Assembly (NCBI GenBank): GCA_043732185.1 | Contig: JAYTHY010000046.1 | Span: 64,001-128,000 of the forward strand | Origin: Fibrobacteria bacterium | GTDB lineage: Bacteria; Fibrobacterota; Fibrobacteria; UBA11236 | Direction: 5' to 3' | DNA length: 64,000 nucleotides | In this document: positions 61,072 to 64,000 of the stretch, piece after piece | Numbering within the stretch: position 1 is the stretch's first letter | How the letters are laid out: each line of letters opens with the position of its first letter | Notes under the pieces: generated by a model | Told to the model about the DNA's origin: nothing | Database searches by the model: none | What the model saw: the letters and a program-made list of their open reading frames with translations, nothing else | Position numbers and translations under genes: made by a program

Positions 61072-61695
61072 TTATTTCTTGAAAATTACAGAGGAGTCAA
61101 CATGCCGCAACATGCCCTGCAGATTTTGTATAAATCCGACAGCAAAACTACCCGATTTCTTTTTATAAATCCCATTCGACCTCACAAAAAACAGCATTCT
61201 TAGGAAGGATGGATCGCCATTGACATTTTTATAATACACTATTATCAAATCAGGTGTTTCAAAAACAGCTTTAATTTCAATACTTTTAACATCCTTCCAA
61301 GCACTGAAAAACCTTAGGCTGTCTTTCTTTTGCTGAAGCATGGAATCCACCCATGCTCGACTTGATAATTCATGGAGCGCTACCATTTTCTCTTTATCGC
61401 CAGAATTCACAACAAATAAGTAGTTGGCAACTGCTTCAAATGGCGTCCTGGGATCGGGGATTCGACTAGGAAAAATTTTAACAATATTTGAATCTGGAAA
61501 TATCTGACCTAAAAAATGCAACTCTCGAATTTCTTTGGTAAAGAGGCTTTCATTTGCTGGTATTTGGTAGGTAACATAGTCTTTTCTTGATTTATCAATT
61601 TTAAAGATCAATGAGTCTGGAGAATAATTTTGAGATTTGGCCGCCACAATAATTGCTGGAATGAAAAAAAATGGGACCCCAAATAGTTTCAACAT
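61072..61695 (-). CDS. Exported 207-aa protein, candidate immunity protein (copy 1)
   Basis: Starts 13 nt after the stop of the large upstream gene; AT-rich; paralog of 60412..61035. Confidence 0.7.
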   Translation of the reverse strand: MLKLFGVPFFFIPAIIVAAKSQNYSPDSLIFKIDKSRKDYVTYQIPANESLFTKEIRELHFLGQIFPDSNIVKIFPSRIPDPRTPFEAVANYLFVVNSGDKEKMVALHELSSRAWVDSMLQQKKDSLRFFSAWKDVKSIEIKAVFETPDLIIVYYKNVNGDPSFLRMLFFVRSNGIYKKKSGSFAVGFIQNLQGMLRHVDSSVIFKK

Positions 61696-61708
61696 TTTCT
61701 TATTTCCT

Positions 61709-64000
61709 TTAAAATAGTGGCCCTAAATCCCACGATACTGCATACGAAATTAACTCGACTTCGGTTGCCATTATAATACTGGCCGTTGCTGTAAGTGTTG
61801 GCGCTGCAATGGTAGGCAAGCTAAACTCCCAATCAGGATAACAAAGCTTTCCTTTTGCAAAAACTAGCGATAGAGCACCTTCAGTTTGCAACTTGATGAG
61901 ATCACACGTCCCAATAACGCACCCTGCAGCTTGAATAGCAACCGTTCCGCTCCCAGATATATCCCCACACACTCTGTCACTATTACACCCTGTCGTTAAG
62001 TTCCCGCTTCCAGTCCCTGTGACTTCCAAAGCAACGGAAAATGAAACTTGAATTTCTGCCCCCAAATTAGGAACGTAGTAACTGTATGAAGGAGTATTGC
62101 ATCCAGCTATTTTTCCAGAAAGCGAGCCGCCTATACCGACAACTTCCTTGTCTTCACAATTGCATGCTTGGTGACTCTTTGTACCAAAAAGACTCCATCT
62201 AATAGTTGGAGAGCAAGCCTTGGTTGCCTCAATATTTTTCAAATAGTTGTTCAATGCGTTTTTATCCCAGCCCAAACCACTTACAGTTTCAGAAAAATCT
62301 GGATTGATTATGCCAACACTGGTAGAAGCACTAGTTGTACCTGCCTTTATCGTGACGATACCTGTACCTTTTCCGCCTGCTAGAGAAGGGACGACCCCAT
62401 CGAAATTGACAGCAGGAGAAAGTTCAAATCCCGCTGGATTTGTAGTTATCTTAAATTTGGATTTCTCTAGAGCTTCACCGGCCTGAAAATATTTGCAAGT
62501 TGTAGAAACCGACGATACTCCAACACAAATACCAAAACTCGACTTTTCAGCCACTCCTCCACCGTTACAATTCCAGGTGGCCTTATTGTAGAATGTTCCT
62601 GGAGTAGTGCATGTAACATCATCAAAATGCAAATGGTTAGAATTGCCTGCAGGTTGACTCCAAGACAAGCTTCCGTTTTCTGGATTAGTCGTCGCATTAT
62701 AGCGAATTTCCTCACCCATCCCAACAATAGGATTTTCAACCGAAACATTTACTTCACATTGCGAACAAGTACCCGTCGGATTCCCCGGCCCACCGCAATG
62801 CCAGCCACCCTTCACAATCCCAAAGCCCTTATCCGAGGTCATCGTTGCCCCATCCTCGCTCACAGTTCCAGTTCCGATGCTCACATAGGTCCCTAAATCA
62901 TGATCAAAAGAATAAAAATGCGTTTGCTCCCCAGGCTTCAGTCCGTTTACATTAGGAAAAGTTATTGGCGCAGGTGGGTCAAATTTAACCTGAGGAGGCC
63001 CAATCGAAACAATAAACCTCGGCTGCATTCCCTCTCCAGGAGGCATGGGAATTTTATCGGCATGCACAGCCGTGACCGTAATGGTATGGTCATCCAGATC
63101 CGGAGGGAAGGTGGCCGACCCTGCGGGTATTTTTAAAGAAAAGCCTGGGATCTCTGAAAGTGTTATAATCTGCTCCGTCGATGCGCTCGGAACCTTACCT
63201 TCTGCATTGTTTCTAGCTACCAGATACATCGGCATCCCGATATCATTATTCTTGCCGCTGATAGCATTCACCTCAAACATCAAGGTCACCCAATCGCCGG
63301 GCTGCGTGGCCGTTGTTCCATCGACATGCAGATGCAGATTGCCTACGGGGGTGTTGGAAAGTTGATATTGCCCTGCACTATTGGTTGTAGTCTGTTGCCC
63401 ATTTTCTTCGATACGTACCGTTACGCCTTGTAGAGGCTGATTGCTATTGTCCAGGATGACACCGCTTACCTTTGTTTCTGAAGGCGGGCCTGGAATATAT
63501 CCGGAAAGCACGAAAATGGCCGGCTGACTGGGATTGCCTGCGAAGGAAGCTTCCACAAGGTTATTATCCCGTCCCTCTTGTAATCCTAAAGTGAAAGAAG
63601 CCACTGCGCGCCCATCTTCTCCCGTTATGGCGGAGTCCAAATTCTGCCCTTGGAAATGGCCGCCGCCTGTTTTGACTTTGAATTCAACCATCATGCCGGG
63701 AATTGGATTACTGGCGCTATCGGTAACAATGGCGACAAGTGGATGTGGGGCTCCGTTTCCAGCCAAGCCCCGTTGCATATCACCGGAGGCGGTCAAAATG
63801 CGTTGCGCCAATTGAGTTTTTGCATTCGCATGGAAAACGACAGCGCCAGCAAAGCCCTCGGCCACAGCTGTAACCTCATTGGCTCCAGGTCCTGCGCGCT
63901 TGCCTAGCACAAACGGAACCGATGCCAATCCATCAGCATCCGTAGTTACCCGCAATGTTCGAGCATTTCCCGTAAAAGAGCCATCCCCCACGCTAACGTG
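61709..64000 (-). CDS. Large Ig (Big_1/invasin-like), carboxypeptidase-regulatory and ZU5-like protein with Cys-rich C-terminal tip; 5'-truncated; candidate polymorphic toxin
   Basis: Frame open to 64000; TTDADGLA and ITGEDGRA Big_1-type strands; VSGVILDNSNQPLQGVTV; LKIPAGS..FDPPAPITFPN; Cys and GC switch after GGWH. Confidence 0.75.
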   Translation of the reverse strand, partial: HVSVGDGSFTGNARTLRVTTDADGLASVPFVLGKRAGPGANEVTAVAEGFAGAVVFHANAKTQLAQRILTASGDMQRGLAGNGAPHPLVAIVTDSASNPIPGMMVEFKVKTGGGHFQGQNLDSAITGEDGRAVASFTLGLQEGRDNNLVEASFAGNPSQPAIFVLSGYIPGPPSETKVSGVILDNSNQPLQGVTVRIEENGQQTTTNSAGQYQLSNTPVGNLHLHVDGTTATQPGDWVTLMFEVNAISGKNNDIGMPMYLVARNNAEGKVPSASTEQIITLSEIPGFSLKIPAGSATFPPDLDDHTITVTAVHADKIPMPPGEGMQPRFIVSIGPPQVKFDPPAPITFPNVNGLKPGEQTHFYSFDHDLGTYVSIGTGTVSEDGATMTSDKGFGIVKGGWHCGGPGNPTGTCSQCEVNVSVENPIVGMGEEIRYNATTNPENGSLSWSQPAGNSNHLHFDDVTCTTPGTFYNKATWNCNGGGVAEKSSFGICVGVSSVSTTCKYFQAGEALEKSKFKITTNPAGFELSPAVNFDGVVPSLAGGKGTGIVTIKAGTTSASTSVGIINPDFSETVSGLGWDKNALNNYLKNIEATKACSPTIRWSLFGTKSHQACNCEDKEVVGIGGSLSGKIAGCNTPSYSYYVPNLGAEIQVSFSVALEVTGTGSGNLTTGCNSDRVCGDISGSGTVAIQAAGCVIGTCDLIKLQTEGALSLVFAKGKLCYPDWEFSLPTIAAPTLTATASIIMATEVELISYAVSWDLGPLF

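Larger units (their letters stand above)
60377..61715 (-). repeat. Diverged tandem duplication with a unit of about 660 bp
   Basis: TTTTAAAGGAAATAAGAAAATG precedes both genes; colinear and gap-free at protein level. Confidence 0.92.

Noticed and set aside
60377..61715. Duplication as a diversity-generating retroelement TR/VR pair or an assembly artefact
   Set aside because: Differences are not adenine-specific, both copies are intact ORFs about 30% diverged, and no reverse transcriptase is in the window

Overview
Bacterial chromosome segment, about 50% GC by eye and probably Fibrobacterota (inferred from two giant fibro-slime/PA14 proteins). Positions 1-53.5 kb are mostly core genes: pgeF (partial), an outer-membrane barrel, an mlaEFD operon with TPR and beta-propeller partners, engB, recR, an expanded 11-gene MoxR-DUF58-Bat operon, an 11-subunit complex I operon without nuoEFG and with a NuoB-NuoC fusion, two tandem fibro-slime surface proteins, rdgB, leuS, an aldo/keto reductase, and an XPB helicase-M16-M16-fabF-hypothetical-trmH operon. 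From about 53.6 kb to the end lies a lower-GC minus-strand locus, the best candidate for an undescribed system. It starts with a large Ig/carboxypeptidase-regulatory/ZU5-like protein that switches abruptly after a GGWHC motif to a Cys-rich, beta-rich tip. Next come two diverged tandem copies of a secreted 207-aa protein plus a relic third copy, then a giant LVIVD/Ig protein apparently split by a frameshift, then a lipoprotein. This layout resembles a polymorphic toxin-immunity locus or a variable-tip adhesin locus. I found no tRNA, rRNA, CRISPR array, transposase or integrase. All calls are motif recognition by eye; no database searches were run.
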